Source: Octopus bimaculoides | Taxonomy: Eukaryota | DNA: 34,756 nucleotides | Reading direction: 5' to 3' | NCBI RefSeq assembly: GCF_001194135.2 | Contig: NC_068988.1 | Coordinates: 6,351,975 to 6,386,730, forward strand | Part shown: piece after piece, positions 32,880-34,756 of the stretch | How positions within the stretch are numbered: position 1 is the stretch's first letter | Layout of the letters: every line of letters starts with the position of its first letter | Position numbers and translations under genes: made by a program | Notes under the pieces: generated by a model | Seen by the model: the letters and a program-made list of their open reading frames with translations, nothing else | Databases searched by the model: none | What the model was told of the DNA's origin: nothing

Positions 32880-33379
32880 TGTTGTTGTTAGTGTTATTGT
32901 TATTATTATTATTATCATTATTATTATTATTGGTGATTGTGTTGTTAACATTAACCTGAAAATAATCTTGCACTCCTGATACTAATGTCAGAATTTAATT
33001 AAATCTTGATGTTTTTTTTTGTCTTTACTTTTATATGTTGCAGGTTTTTTCCTTTTGTTTTTTTTTTCTTCAATACATCACTCTTTAATCTGGTTTTATC
33101 ATTCTTTTGCATTGTTGTGTGTTTTCCTCTTCTTCAAGAACGCCAATAATTATCATTCGCTCATATATGCCGCGGTGGATGTTTCTCTTCAACCAGCCAT
33201 GATTTTCAAGTGTTATGAGAAGATAATTCATAAACAGTCTGAAAATAAAGAAACAAACAAACGAATGACTAAATAAATAAATAAATAAAACTTTTGACAA
33301 ACTCTGGAAAACTTCCCAGACAAAAGTACGAGCGGATGGCAAAACAACATCATCATTATCGCAATCATCATCACCAGTA

Positions 33380-33572
33380 TTCTTCTTCTTCTTCTTCTTC
33401 TTCTTCTTCTTCTTCTTCTTCTTCTTCTTCTTCTTCTTCTTCTTCTTCTTCTTCTTCTTCTTCTTTTTCTTCTTCTTCTTCTTTTTCTTCTTCTTCTTCT
33501 TCTTCTTCTTCTTCTTCTTTTTCTTCTTCTTCTTCTTCTTCTTCTTCTTCTTCTTCTTCTTCTTCTTCTTCT
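33380..33572. repeat. (CTT)n microsatellite
   Basis: Directly visible. Confidence 0.95.
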
Positions 33573-34144
33573 TTATCATCACCATCATAATCGTCATCAT
33601 CAACATCGTCGTCAGCACCAAAACTAGTACCACTACCCCACCACCAACACCACCGTCAAAATCATCATGACCATCATCATCATGATGATGATCATCATCA
33701 TCACCACCACCACCACCACCACTACACCATCATCGTCATCATATCATCATAATGATCGTTGTCGTCGTCGTCATCATCATCACCATCGTCATCGTCGTTG
33801 TTGTCTCCTCCTCCTCCTCCTCCTTCTGCTGCTTCTCCTCCTCCTTCTGCTGCTTCTCCTCTTCCTCTTCCTTCTTCTCCTCCTCCTACTCTTACTCCTT
33901 CCTCTGCATCTCCTCCTTCTCGTCCTCCTACTCCTTAAATAAGCCAGACCGACTCACCAAGTCAAGATATTTGCTCCATACATTTATTGACGAAAGTAAA
34001 GTACAAGAATTGAAATTAAAAGAAAAAGAAAAGGAAAAAAAGCATTGAGCGACGCCATGAAAAAACTTAAAACAGAAGCAAAGCAGTTTGTCAGGTTGTT
34101 TAATCTTTATACTTTCACGTAAAGATTAACCAGAAATCATTAAA

Positions 34145-34172
34145 GCCTAACAGGGATAAATCCCTGTTAGGC
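34145..34172. repeat. Perfect 13-bp-stem palindrome
   Basis: GCCTAACAGGGAT-AA-ATCCCTGTTAGGC. Confidence 0.9.
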
Positions 34173-34337
34173 GTGGAGCAACATTCCATTGAGTTTCTTT
34201 CAGACGAATGCGGGAGGCAACTTCAGACATGTTCTTTTTTCTTCAGATATTGCTAACTTTATTACTTACGGAACCAGCAAAACAGTTGTCACAACTTGAG
34301 GGTCCCATTATGCCGTCGAGTGACAATAATAATAATG

Positions 34338-34397
<60 letters not shown>

Positions 34398-34613
34398 TGT
34401 CTATGTAATTTCTAATCTTAAAACAAACTCGTAATTTTCTTATGTTTTCTTAAACATTCCCTAGAACAATACTATATGCAAAACCAAATATATGACACCC
34501 TAGGCATGATACGAACATAAGCTTCTAACTTGCCGTCGCTTGAGGTCTCTGGGTGAGACTTGGAGCCAACTTATTCAAATGTAAAGCAAAAGTCAAATAT
34601 AATAATAATAATG

Positions 34614-34668
<55 letters not shown>

Positions 34669-34756
34669 TAATGTAAATATAGACCTCGATAAAACAATGA
34701 ACCCTAACAAACTAGCTAACATAAGAAGATATATTCTAAAAGCAAAAAAAATATCA

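Noticed and set aside
5663-33633. Long ORFs of 150-470 aa in the ORF track
   Set aside because: They consist of N-gap X runs and microsatellite homopolymers (poly-I/H/S/K/Y); no domain content.
34148-34160. Resemblance to parts of the I-SceI site (TAACAGGG, AGGGATAA)
   Set aside because: Partial and permuted match only; no homing-endonuclease context.
1-34756. CRISPR array or prokaryotic operon
   Set aside because: No regularly spaced repeat-spacer units, no gene-dense regions; the sequence is eukaryotic repeat-rich DNA.

Overview
Eukaryotic, AT-rich non-coding DNA (intergenic or deep intronic) from a draft short-read assembly. It has 16 N gaps totalling about 7.7 kb, nearly all abutting microsatellites. 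The repeat landscape suggests a coleoid cephalopod, most likely Octopus (inference, not database-verified). No intact protein-coding gene, rRNA, tRNA gene or CRISPR array is supportable, and the ORF track is essentially microsatellite/N-gap artefact. What the window does contain: (1) more than 20 copies or fragments of at least four tRNA-derived SINE families, labelled A-D here, which swap modules with each other; (2) four decayed Tc1/mariner-superfamily elements, one a fold-back derivative with two 5' ends; (3) a piggyBac-like MITE; (4) two RTE-type LINE fragments; (5) abundant di- and trinucleotide microsatellites. The most notable signal is a ~237-bp inverted-repeat element (10763-10999). 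Its right arm carries a minimal type I hammerhead ribozyme motif of the dimer-dependent kind known from Penelope-like retroelements. Other notable items: a 159-bp, ~96%-identical inverted duplication with microhomology-rich junctions, a candidate Helitron 3' terminus, and a CpG-rich unique island with a CTCF-like motif and a possible short first coding exon.
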